Origin: Obrimoposthia wandeli
Taxonomy: Eukaryota
Assembly (NCBI GenBank): GCA_977020255.1
Contig: CDROCS010000715.1
Coordinates: 558,001-622,000 of the forward strand
Reading direction: 5' to 3'
Length of the DNA stretch: 64,000 nt
Shown: in pieces, positions 37,634 through 48,707 of the stretch
Layout of the letters: each line of letters begins with the position of its first letter
Position numbering within the stretch: the first letter of the stretch is position 1
Program-made: the position numbers and the translations under genes
The notes under the pieces: generated by a model
What the model was told of the DNA's origin: nothing
The model's input: the letters and a program-made list of their open reading frames with translations, nothing else
Databases searched by the model: none

Positions 37634-37984
37634 GTGTTTCTAAAAAAAACTAGTCAATTAACATTTTTGTTTGTAAATATTTTATATTACTATATTTTAT
37701 ATATTCTATATTATTTGAATGATGACTGAATGTTGTCAAGAACACAGAGATATTATAGATGTTTTTTCTTTGCTTGTGAATAATCAATATATTAAATAAT
37801 ATTTATTTTACTTCTCTAACTTTATTTTTGTGATTTTAATGAAATGCGACATTGGAAGACTATAAACATAATAGCATATTGACTAAAAACATAAAAAACT
37901 GATTTTTCTTATATTACAACGTCAGAGATCTGCATTTATTTATCCCCATAGGATTGTTGGGATCAGGACTTAATTGAAATTAAT
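37634..37984 (+). repeat. About 350-bp direct repeat, copy 1 (inside Polinton B arm)
   Basis: About 95% identical by eye to 41792-42140, from gtgtttctaaaaaaa to aattgaaattaat. Confidence 0.92.
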
Positions 37985-38089
37985 CAGACGGTGGGGGGGA
38001 AAACTAGAATATAGTCCGCATCCCAAGGCGCGAACGGTAGGGGTTGAGCTTCGCCCCGGTAGGGGCGAAACATTTGTTGGGGTATGGAG

Positions 38090-38182
38090 ACACACGTGCA
38101 CGAAATTTCACTCCACACACATACACGATTTTAAATGACAGGGGGGAGGGGGTGTGGATTAGACCGGACACATCCACCTACT
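38090..38182 (-). repeat. Right TIR of Polinton B
   Basis: Reverse complement AGTAGGTGGATGTGTCCGGTCTAATCCACACCCCCTCCCCCCTGTC followed by about two 25-bp units. Confidence 0.92.
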
Positions 38183-38754
38183 TAACACGTACAATTATTA
38201 CATGAAAACTTGATTTTAAAAATTCTTTACTGTTTAAAATTCCAGCTTATCAATTAAATTTCTTTTAGAAAATCTTAAACAAAGCCATAAAAATTTTATT
38301 CAAATTAAAGAGAAGTTCTAATACAAGTGAAAATTTATAAAGTTATTTCTATGAATTATCTTAATATACTAATGTTGGATTTGATGTAACTAAATTCAAA
38401 ATTATTAAATAATACTTTATTAATTGAAGTGAAATTTTTTTAAATTTATCTAAAATGTGTTAAATAGAATTTAAAAAAAACAGTTGTCAAAAATTAAGAA
38501 AGCTAAAAAAATTATATTAGAAATAATTTTAGTACAAATAAGTTGCAAGACTAAAATAACACGCAAAGTAACCTTCGTTTTTTTGATTTTTCTTTCTTAT
38601 CAAAAATCACTCTCGGATTGACTTACCCAGATGTGAATGAAAGAACAAAAAGAATTGGTAAATTGAAGTGTATTTGTTCAAATTTAAATAAAAAGGGATT
38701 AAATAAAATAGCAGATAATATCTGCCGGCTCGACTTGTTGATTACCTTTCATTA

Positions 38755-39453
38755 TCAGCGCTGAACTTTCCTGTAGTACTTCGCCTTCTCCGTGGAACAC
38801 AATGCGTGCCACTTCTTGGACAGTTGCTTAACAAACTTGCACCACGACATGCCGGAGCGACTTTGGCTGTTGGACTTTACAAAGGCTGCATAAGGTGACA
38901 TTTTGTAGCGTGCACACTTACACTTCTTACAGGCCGCCTTGTCGCCGCAGACTGCCTCACAGCGACGTAATCGCTTGGCCTTCTTCTTACAACCACACAT
39001 ACCGGGTCGGCGTTTAGTTCGCTTAGTGCTGGATGAACGTCTACCCCGGTTGGAACCACACCGGGAACTCTTCGATTTACGCCGGCGGCGCATGGACCGA
39101 CACCGAGAGACTTTGCGAGGCCGTTTGCATTTCTTGTGACACCCAGGAGACCTTTTGGAGTCTGTGGGGGTGCCACCGCCGCTGAACATGGAGAGGAGTG
39201 GGCAGAAGTTGTTGTTGGCTGCCGGCACATTATCCGCGGACAGAGACCGGATGTTGCTACCGTTGCTGGCCCTACAAACGTTGACACTACCACCACCACC
39301 GGAATTGTTAACGGACGATGGCAGCTTTTCCTTCAGTGTCTGATAGTCGGTCCAGCTGGATGTATCGCGACCCAACAAATCCACCTTACCGCACTTCATT
39401 AAATACGCGTCCATTTCATTCTTCTTACACTGGTCTTGGTCGTAACCTATCAT
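38755..39453 (-). CDS. Arg/Lys/Cys-rich protein with C-terminal HMG-box (protamine-like candidate)
   Basis: Intact 232-aa GC-rich ORF. Central RSMRRRRKSKSSRCGSNRGRRSSSTKRTKRR block with many Cys. C-terminal MSPYAAFVK...LSKKWHALCSTEKAKY fits the HMG-box helix pattern. Confidence 0.75.
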   Translation of the reverse strand: MIGYDQDQCKKNEMDAYLMKCGKVDLLGRDTSSWTDYQTLKEKLPSSVNNSGGGGSVNVCRASNGSNIRSLSADNVPAANNNFCPLLSMFSGGGTPTDSKRSPGCHKKCKRPRKVSRCRSMRRRRKSKSSRCGSNRGRRSSSTKRTKRRPGMCGCKKKAKRLRRCEAVCGDKAACKKCKCARYKMSPYAAFVKSNSQSRSGMSWCKFVKQLSKKWHALCSTEKAKYYRKVQR

Positions 39454-40369
39454 GTTATTATGCTGCTACTTGCCGTCGCAGGGATCCGTTGTCAGAGAGT
39501 TTCAAGTTATCGATTTTTTATTGATCGACGATTAGATTCATTCAATACATTTCAATTGGTGAAGTGTCTAACAAACAAATGTCTGAAAATGAAAATCTGT
39601 ATCGATTACTACTACTATTGTAACTGACTTTCATGACCAAACAGTGCTAAAGATTCAAAATATAGATAGTTTCTAACATAAAAAGTTATAATAGGACGTA
39701 TAACTTTGTTAATGATTTTAATTTTATATAAACTTTATACCATAGACAAATATAAGATGACTGGATTTACAAGGGACTAATCCTGGACAATATTTTCTAT
39801 TATTAATCATTTTAAATTGTAGGTTAATAAAATTTAATTGACAAATACCTGTTTAAAAATTGGTAAATATATTCTTAAAAGAGAAAAAGTTATAAAAACG
39901 AGTAGAGTATGCATTATTAAAAATTATATTCTTTTTTAAGTTATTGAAACATGTAAATATAAATAGGTTAAATGTAATGTTGAGTTTGAACATAAAATAA
40001 ACTACTTTGAAATTTACGATATTTAAAAATAAAGTGTAACACAAATTAATATATAATTCCGAATAATTAAAATATTATTAACTTAAATTTTGAATACCAT
40101 TGAACCTACATAAAGCAGTTATAATTGACGGAGAGCTTCCCAGAAAAGAAGAAAATAGAATATGGAGTTCCTTAGTATTTCTTTTTAGACTTAATTTTTT
40201 ATTTTTTGCAAGAATTTATTTGACAAATTTTGAATTTAGTATCATTTATATGTTGATTATTGATTATATGTAGATTTATATTGGCTGAGATTGTGAATGT
40301 AATTAACTGAATTTAAATTTATTGGAACCAAAAGCCCACAATCGGTACAGTGCAAATAGACGATGACAG

Positions 40370-41240
40370 TTAACATTTTAAAATGTTTAGCCTTGCAATG
40401 AGCTCATCATGTGTTCAGCAGATTGTGTTATCTCTGACCTCGCGGTTGGCGAATACTCGCAATGTCATATCTGTGATCTGTGTAGGTGATGAAAGTTTTG
40501 TCGATTATTTGGTGTTCGAAGTGTTGATGGCTTGATATATACCTAGTAGTTCGCTGTTGTATGTTGAATACTTAGTTTGTTGAGTCTTAAGTATTTTGGA
40601 GAAAAAAGCTAATGGTGATATTATTTTGTTGATTATCTGATTTAATACAGCTCCGATTGCTAAGTTGGATGCGTCGGTAGTTAAAGTTATATCCGCATTG
40701 TGTCCCTAGTGTGTTTTGGTAAATGTTTTAAGAATTTTCCAAAATTATGTTGGTTCTCTTGTGATTTATATGAGTGTCTAAATGCTTAAAGGTATTTTTG
40801 AGTCTTTTTAATATATCTGATGGTTTTGTTTCATCAGTGACATTTGGGTTGATAATATTTTGTAATATTCTGTGTTGTTTGTGTCTGTTTTTCGTTCATG
40901 GGTGTTGTGCGTTCTGCTATGGATGTGTCTGAAATGAGGATGTCGTTGATTTCCTCAGCTATTTCTTTAAAGGTTTCTGTAGGTAGTTTTGAGAGTATTT
41001 TTTGCAAAATTTCATGTTCTGGTAGGTTATAATTTTGTTCCAGGGTACTGTGTGTGAGGTTTATTCATTTATTAGGTGTGTTGTTGTGGTCGGTGAAGTA
41101 TGTTGGAATTGTGATGTGTTGATTGTTGTATGGTTTTGTATTACAGTTTGTGTTTGTGAGTGTGTTTGGGAAAGTATATTTATGTGTCGGTGTGTTTATT
41201 TTTGCACGAATTCTAACACTTTTTATTTTTACTTTTAACT
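40370..41240 (-). mobile_element. Ty3/Gypsy LTR retrotransposon remnant (gag joined to RNase H by deletion)
   Basis: LTTDASNLAIGAVLNQ, PLAFFSK.L, KYSTYNSELLGIYQAI, YTDH (RNase H). Upstream gag-like EIAEEINDIL and KPSDILKRLK. Confidence 0.85.
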
Positions 41241-41389
41241 ATGTACCCTACAGATGTAAAATCAAAAAACAAATCCCAGGATTAACTGGCACGCTCTTTT
41301 TAGGACTAAGTGAGAAACAAGCCCAAATAAGCACATAAAAACCAAAAATGACAATTTTGGCAATCTTTCTATACTGGAAAATAAGACAA

Positions 41390-41750
41390 TTGGCCACCCG
41401 TTAATGTATCCATGATGGATTTAAAAATATATATAATCTTAGATACACTATGTACAAGTGGAGACAGAATTCTACAATATTGCATGCTACTGAAGTTTTA
41501 AGAAACAACCAAAAATATTAAGAGGGAATATATTGGTAGGTGCCGGATTAGCAAACGACTTAAAAGTGCTAATCCTACAAAGGAACGAATTTATTTCTAT
41601 CGTCAGCATACGTGCAGCATTCAGGAAGAATTCAAGCAGAGGTTGCAAGTAGGACTTGCTAGAATGGTAAAATATTACTTAGGGCAAGTAATACAAAAAA
41701 TCTGCACTCACTTGTCCGAGGTGATAGACCTATACTCCTCTGATTTCAAT
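41390..41750 (+). pseudogene. REX4/ISG20-like DEDDh exonuclease remnant
   Basis: KILRGNILVGAGLANDLKVL (41512-41571, ExoII-like ILxGxILVGHxLxNDLKVL), then VGLARMVKYYLGQVIQK..H (41649-41712) in another frame. Confidence 0.55.
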
Positions 41751-41791
41751 GAAGATTAATAGTAGTAATACTAAAAAATTTGCGTACGAAC

Positions 41792-42140
41792 GTGTTTCTA
41801 AAAAAATCCAGTCAAGTAACATTTTTGTTTGTAAATATTTTATATTACTATATTCTATGTATTCTATATTATTTGAATGATGACTGAATGTTGTCGAGAA
41901 CACAGAAATATTATAGATGTTTTTTCTTTGCTTGTGAATAATCAATGTATTAAATAATATTTATTTTACTTCTCAATTTTTTTTTGTGATTTTAATGAAA
42001 TGCGACATTTGAAGACTATAAACATAATAGCATATTGACTAAAAACATAAAAAACTGATTTTTCTTATATTACAACGTCAGAGATCTGCATTTATTTACC
42101 CCCATAGGATTGTTGGGATCAGGACTTAATTGAAATTAAT
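41792..42140 (+). repeat. About 350-bp direct repeat, copy 2
   Basis: Matches 37634-37984. Confidence 0.92.
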
Positions 42141-42218
42141 TAGAACTGTAATAAACTCATATAAACTGACATTTTTTAAAATCTGAAATTCCTGCAATAG
42201 AGAGTAATTATCAGTTTA

Positions 42219-42271
42219 GCCTCCGAGATGGGAAAAAACCTGTTTCGCCTTGCTATGCTCGTCAGGAAGGC
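42219..42271 (-). ncRNA. Type I hammerhead ribozyme, degenerate stem III
   Basis: Minus strand: gccttc CTGACGA gcat-agca-aggc GAAA cagg-tttttt-cccatc TC ggaggc. Core intact, stem I 6 bp, stem II 3/4 pairs, stem III mismatched. Confidence 0.6.
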
Positions 42272-44495
42272 GGCTTTATATAAAAAGCTTGTTTTTAACC
42301 ACCAAAGTTTCCGCCCAGCTCCTACTCTCCAGTCAGCATCATAGGCAACGGCACTGACCGACTACCGATTTCGGCCACACTCAGCGAACATCCCTCTATC
42401 TCTCCCAGCGCTGCTGATCATCTTCCCGGCTACCCACTCTGCTGCAGCAAGGATCTCCTCTCACAGACGAATCTGTCTCTCGGACAATTTCCACAGATTT
42501 TCATGTCACTGCTTCAGCTGACATCCATGTTTCATCATCGCTGGCCAGTGACAGACCTTTACCAGACGGTTTCTCCTTATCGATCTTCTTCTCCCTCGAC
42601 ACTATCTACTTGCAACAAGCAGACAGAATGACAAACTGAAAAGCCCTCTCTCCCTATGCGTCTCCTTTGCTGTTGTTCCTGGCTCGATAAATCTGTCTTC
42701 CCTGTCGCAGCGCAGTGTCCTCTACATCCCTCTCACTTGCTGTTGATATCGGTCACACTGATTACCAACTGCAAGCATCCGGTTTCACACACACAACAGC
42801 GCAATCTGCCGTGCCCAAAGACATGACAGTGTCGGGATTGCCGACATCGCAGTGGATCAGTCTGCTGTGGATGCATTTTTGTATGTGTGTCTTGACGAGT
42901 CTCGATGCGAATGTATGTGCTATTAAATAACTAGTGATTCGAAAAAAGGTAACAAAAAAATTGAGATGTTATTTTCAGCTGTTATAATATTTGAGGAAGA
43001 TATAAAAATAAAAAAGAGGAAAAAAGAATGATATCAATATTGATCGGACCAGTTACAATTTGAAAATATATCAGAATTTTGAACCACATCATTGAACAAA
43101 ATATAAAAATTGATTCTACTTTCAGTTACAATTTAAAATTGAACGATTATTATAAGCCTACGAATATAATTTGTTAACAAGCGACTTTATTTGAGTTCCT
43201 TGAGTTAGCATTACACCTCTATCCAGACAGTAGCGACAACACAACAATAACTCTACCAGTCTACCTGCCGATCTGCTACTGATTTTTTCTCACTGACCAG
43301 ATTTCATATCAGTTTATCCGCTGGGTCTTCTCAATTTGCTCTATCTTCTCTTGCCAGTGCAGTGTGATAATTCCAGATAGGACTGTCCCAGATTCATCCA
43401 ATATCTTCCCCATCATATCCATATGCTTACCGTCAGTCGTCACCAACCACTCCATATTATCCTATGTCAGTAGCAACAACAACTGATGCATGACTTGCCG
43501 CGGTCTCTCTTTGACCACAGACGTTGCCTCCATGCTACATGTCAGCTAGTGCCCCCGCTACAGTTTCCCATTCTCCCGCCGCTTCTCCAAAACTAACTCT
43601 CTTGCTGTTGCTGCTGTCTTCCGCCTTCGCATTCCCCCTGTCGTCGTGACAATATTTCACCCATCACTGCTGCCGGCTGTCAGATAACAATATGAGGCTT
43701 CTTCTGGTTCTGGAAAAAACAACAAGATTTTTGAAGCATTTGTACTTGTTAATATATCTTTAAATTGTAAAAAAAATGTTGATAGAATCTATATCTCTTT
43801 CTCTCAAACACATAATTTCCCATAAATGAATATAGCAGCATTGCAACAAGTGCTGTATCACAAGAAATTATACTTAAAACAATTTTATTTATCGCAAGTT
43901 TGAAATTTTTAATTTGAAAATACAGTTTGACAATTCTATTAAATTTCATTAGAAGATATAATTTAACAACTTTATGAAATTTGATTAACATAATACAGTT
44001 TTGTCAATTTATTGAATTTAACATTTCAAAACCATTAACCAACATATTTTTTAAATTGTTTTATTAATTATTTATTTTGTTATATTAAATTTTTTGAAGA
44101 CATAAATTAAGAAATGATAGTTCAACATACCTTTTTATACATATTTCGGTTTAAAATAATTTTGTGATATTTAATACCTCTTAACAAAAATAATTCAAAA
44201 TCCAGATTTCTCGTTTTACGTTGTTTCACATTACGTCCTGTCTCACTAGAACATATTTCCAATGTAAAACGAGGAATACCTTTATTTGTATTTTAATATC
44301 GGTTAAGAAAATATATTTAAATCATACAACAATTTTAGACTAGCAATAGATATATACGTGTATATTAAAATGTTTAATATAAGTAAACTTTCCAAATCCT
44401 GAAATAAAATAAGAAACATATGATAAATTACTTTATCATATTAATTTTTATGTGACCGATTTCAGATAAAATAGTGACTGTTAAATCTCGAAATC

Positions 44496-47400
44496 ATGTT
44501 TGTATTTCGAAAATTGACACCCTGCCCGTTAAATCCTTTATTTAATTTTATAAACCGTTCAATACGCATTAAAGCAGAAACGGAAACTTATTATGATATG
44601 AAAACAAAACCAAACTCATTATACAGGCCATTTCAATCGAAAAAGACTGTGCCATCTCAGTGGTTAAAATACAATGATATAATATATTCTCCGCGACCTA
44701 CCGGACCCGATAGACCTGCAGAAATTACAGGTGAAGAAAGATTCGCTTTATCAAGTTATAAGAATATATTTCCGTTTGTAGCAATGGTAAGCTTGATATT
44801 GTTTTTGTTTTATCATCATTTAGATTAGAGGACTGTCGGTGGAAGAAGCACTGAAGCAGCTTCAATTTAGACCCGAAAATGCTGCTAGTCAAGTGAAAGT
44901 GGTTCGATTTGATCTCTAAAATTTATTTGTGATTTTATTCACATAAAATTTCATTAACTAAATGAAAGATGATATGCACTTTTTCCCTGGACTTTTTTGA
45001 TAGTAGAGATAAATAATATTGCTTGTAAATTTCATATAACGTCTTTAAACATTTATTAAAATTTTAACCACTCTAAATAGAAAATATTTTCATTATTTTA
45101 TCAATCCAGAACTTTAATCTTTCTATTTTAGTCTTCTGTGTGGTGATCATACAACGAATGATTATTACAGTTGTCTTCCTAAAATCGTATTGGATTTCTT
45201 TTTCAATCATATTACTTGTTCTATATATTTGTTCCTTCTAATTTAAATTGTCCTTAATTTATTACTCAATGATTTTTCAAATGTATTTATCCATCATTTA
45301 CTAAATAAACAATCGATGTGCCCAATCTTATTCTACATGAAGCTAAATTTCAATTTAATAGAGAAAATGTACACCAATCAAATTGATTATCACTGGTTTA
45401 AATTTGGTTATCAACGAAGCTACCAATTTGTGTTCAAATATGGAATAGATAAGCTGGAAAATTGACAAATTTAGACTAGATAATTATAATGAAAAATTAC
45501 AACAACAAAAATTAAAAGACAAAGTGAGTATTTTTATGTTAGTTAAATTCAAAACGTACTTTTCTCCAACTTTTGTAGATTTTTCATAGGTCTTCCACAA
45601 TTTGTGCCATGTTCTCGATTTTCAGTAGTTTTATCAATCACTCTTCTTTCTAATGTATCTACTAGCCTCTAGAGATATCGTAAAATATCAAATTGGGCAA
45701 CAACTAAAATTCTACAACGCACTCTTCGAATTCTTTCACAAAGTTAAATGGTATCTATAGTAGTTTGAGTCTCAATTTTCTCTTTTCTACCATATAAAAA
45801 TGAATAAGTATTACTTAATTTACCTTGTGTCAATATATGCGTCAAATATTTTGGATAGAACGTATATAAAGGCGTTTTCATTATTTTTCATTATGGTATC
45901 TATTTTGGTTCTCTGTCTTATACTTATATTTTACATAAATTATAATAAAATTACATACACAGAAATGTTCTACCCTTGCATGTAAGTGTGTGTGTCCATA
46001 TATTTATGGGATTGAATTTTATTTACGGAATTAATTTATGTTGAATTGTAAGATTATATTAGTGTGTGTATTTATTGTTAATTTCATTTTATTATATGTG
46101 ATGGAATTCAGTTTTTTATCCATGACAGTGAGTTTTAAAGAGTGTAACATTTTTTCTTAGAAAAGTAATCTTATTCAGATTTTTTTTTAGTATTCATAAA
46201 AGCATAGAAAATAAGAAACCAAATAATTGAAAGATAAATTAAATTATGTCCCTGAGACCTGTAAACTCAACAACTATTAGTAAAAGCAGACGACAAAACT
46301 CGACAGAATATTTGAAATTTACGGTACAAAGTTACATACATTTGGAAGGAATTTTTGATACTTTCCGATTAATGAAGCATTTTGAAGAATTCCTGTGTCA
46401 TCAAGCCACAATCTGAAAGATTGTGAATAATTGTTTAAAGTCGTCTTTTAATAATGCATGATAATTATATTCTGGTGTTATATAAGTATATTTTGTTTTA
46501 TCTTAAAACATTCAAAGTGTGAATTTTAATTATTGAAAATGTATCTTTACAGCTGCTGAAGACTCTTATTGACGAAGCGGTAGATGAACAATATGTGGAG
46601 TTCTGGACAAACATGTGGGTTGGTGAGTAATTTTCTGTTTACATACCTGTTGGCTCACCTGTTATAAAAATGTATATGAAGATAATAATCTAATTTGGTT
46701 AAGAATTGTGATAAAAATATATTCGTGAATAAGTTTACTATGGTTTTGATTAGGCTCTTATTTTTCTTAGGGCCTGTGAAATTCTGTGCCATGTCAATTT
46801 ATTTGTGTTGCTATTTTTCTATTTTACATCGATAGCGTGTAATTATTTATTTGGAAATGTATCTCTTTTGATTAATATTTATTAGCCTTAATCCATAAAA
46901 CCTATGTCGCGGAAAATCATAAACTCTAGTTATGATATATAACTTTATTTTCAATAACTTTTTGAAAATATTTTCTTTTTTAATAAAATTGGCCTTACTA
47001 CTGAGATAACTACAATGAGTCTAATGCAATTATTATATCAAGACTTGATTTTCAAAATTGTGCTGATTTATATTTCAGCTTATCAATTGAATCGTTTGTA
47101 AAATTTTTAAACAAAGTCGTCAGAATAATATTCAAATTAAAGAAAAGGTCTAGTACAAGTGAACACTCAATGAAGCTTCATTGGCTACCGATTAACACCA
47201 GAATAGGATTCAAAATCCTACTTATTATCAAAATGTATTTTCTCACAAAAGCCCACATTTATATGACCTTCTCCAGCCTGGTGCATTATGTTTATGCATC
47301 TTTGGAGCAACGATGACTGCAGATTGGTTAATAAATTCTCAAAAAAAACAGTGACAAAATATTTGAAATTTACGCATTGAATCTATGAAATAATAATGGA

Positions 47401-48707
47401 AAACCGGAAGCGCTTTTAAGTAATAAACCGTAGATTTAATAGATATTAGCGCTGTGTTAAAAATATTATATTTATTGTTATTTTGTCAATGATAAAATTT
47501 ATTATTATTTTTTTTAATTATATTTTTATTATCTATATCTTAATTTAATTCCGAATCAGGAACCGATAATATCTAATAAACTAAGAAAATTATGTTTGCA
47601 TGCTAACTAAAATTCATTATTAACAACGTTTAAAGTGAGCAGATGCTTCATCTGGAAAGTTAACTAAACGTTTCTCTATGAACATTTTGATATATATATA
47701 TATATAAATCGATATTGGCACGTCATTTGGTGTAAACTTCTGAATAGAATCCGCGATCGCATATAAACTCATTTCCATTATCCATCACAAAGAATAGAGC
47801 ATTCGATGGCGTGAAATCATTTCGTTGCAGTATTGTCCACCTTCTCCGTATTCGTTCAACAACCTCTCATTTAGGAATATGTGTTCTTTTTGAAATATTG
47901 CAATTTTCAATGTCTTAATAATGTACGATTGACACACGTTAAAGTGCTTAGCAGCCTTTATGTGAGATGCAACGATTTTGCATTCATCAATTTGAAGAAA
48001 ATCAACATTTATTCATCGGGAATTTTTACAGCATTTTCAGTTAAAACTTTTCGGTGTAAAGGCTGACCTTCGGAAACTTGCCTAAGAATTCGATATATGA
48101 GGTTTCTTTTATCTTCTTTTATCCACAAAATGTCTTACTGTGTTTGGTTTTCCGAGGTTTAAATGTTGCGCATAGACATTTTTCACGACACTGTTTCTGT
48201 CCATTGGATTCATGAATCATGTTGGAAATAAATATATTAGAAATGCAAATATTGATTGTCAAATGTTCTGAAATGTTTTTGTTGTAAAAATGAATCATTT
48301 AGAAGAAGTTTTTATACTTTTTATTATTAAATCTTATTATTTAATTGGTCAGAAATTTGTCGCATTTTCTACTGATATAACCTTACATTCAGTAATCTGA
48401 TTATTTTAGGGTATCTACAAATGGAAAAGTATTTCTCTCCTTTATCGTGGCACTGTGAAGTGTTTCAATACACCGTATTCGCACAGAAAATGCACATGTG
48501 ATTCGCTCGGTTGGGCTGCCGCGGATTCGACATGGAGTGAAGCGCCGGATCACTAAAGACAACTTCCACTTCTCGCTGATCCAGATCCGGCTACAGGAAG
48601 GAAGTCCACCGGCGGTCTATCATCCTAACAATGCCTGGAATGGTTATGAGCAACTCGACGAAGATATGAAAGCTCTGCGCCAACGCCGAATTTTCATGGG
48701 TCTCTGA
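44496..48707 (+). CDS. mrpl22: Mitochondrial ribosomal protein uL22m; join(44496-44786, 44824-44901, 46553-46622, 48487-48707), 219 aa
   Basis: All three introns are GT-AG and phase-compatible (first intron 37 bp). Motifs WLKYNDIIYSP...RPA, IRGLSVEEALKQLQF, VEFWTNMWV, IRLQEGSPP and LRQRRIFMGL* match animal MRPL22. AATAAA follows the stop. Confidence 0.85.
47080..47400 (+). mobile_element. L2/CR1-group LINE 3' fragment in mrpl22 intron 3
   Basis: NKVVRIIF...SEHSMKLHWLPINTRIGFKILLI, the conserved LHWLP motif downstream of L2-type RT. Confidence 0.75.

Larger units (their letters stand above)
26674..38182. mobile_element. Polinton/Maverick (adintovirus-like) element B, TIR-bounded, internally deleted
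   Basis: TIRs A(T/G)TAGGTGGATGTGTCCGGTCTAATCCACA at both ends. Contains ATPase, retroviral-like integrase, minor and major capsid and pPolB remnants in typical Polinton arrangement. No TSD seen and no protease seen. Confidence 0.95.

Noticed and set aside
38040-38080. Hairpin followed by GAAA as a third hammerhead, a tRNA or a Helitron end
   Set aside because: No CUGANGA upstream on either strand, no cloverleaf, and the nearest CTAG is about 40 nt away.
24-38182. A single 38-kb composite element bounded by the TIRs at 24 and 38182
   Set aside because: The TIRs are inverted relative to each other, but they are more diverged than the 26674/38182 pair, no TSD is present (gatgat / taacac), and the interior is unrelated host and TE debris.
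47700-48250. Minus-strand IDE / KAAKHFNV segments as Merlin or pogo transposase
   Set aside because: Isolated short words with no supporting downstream motifs.
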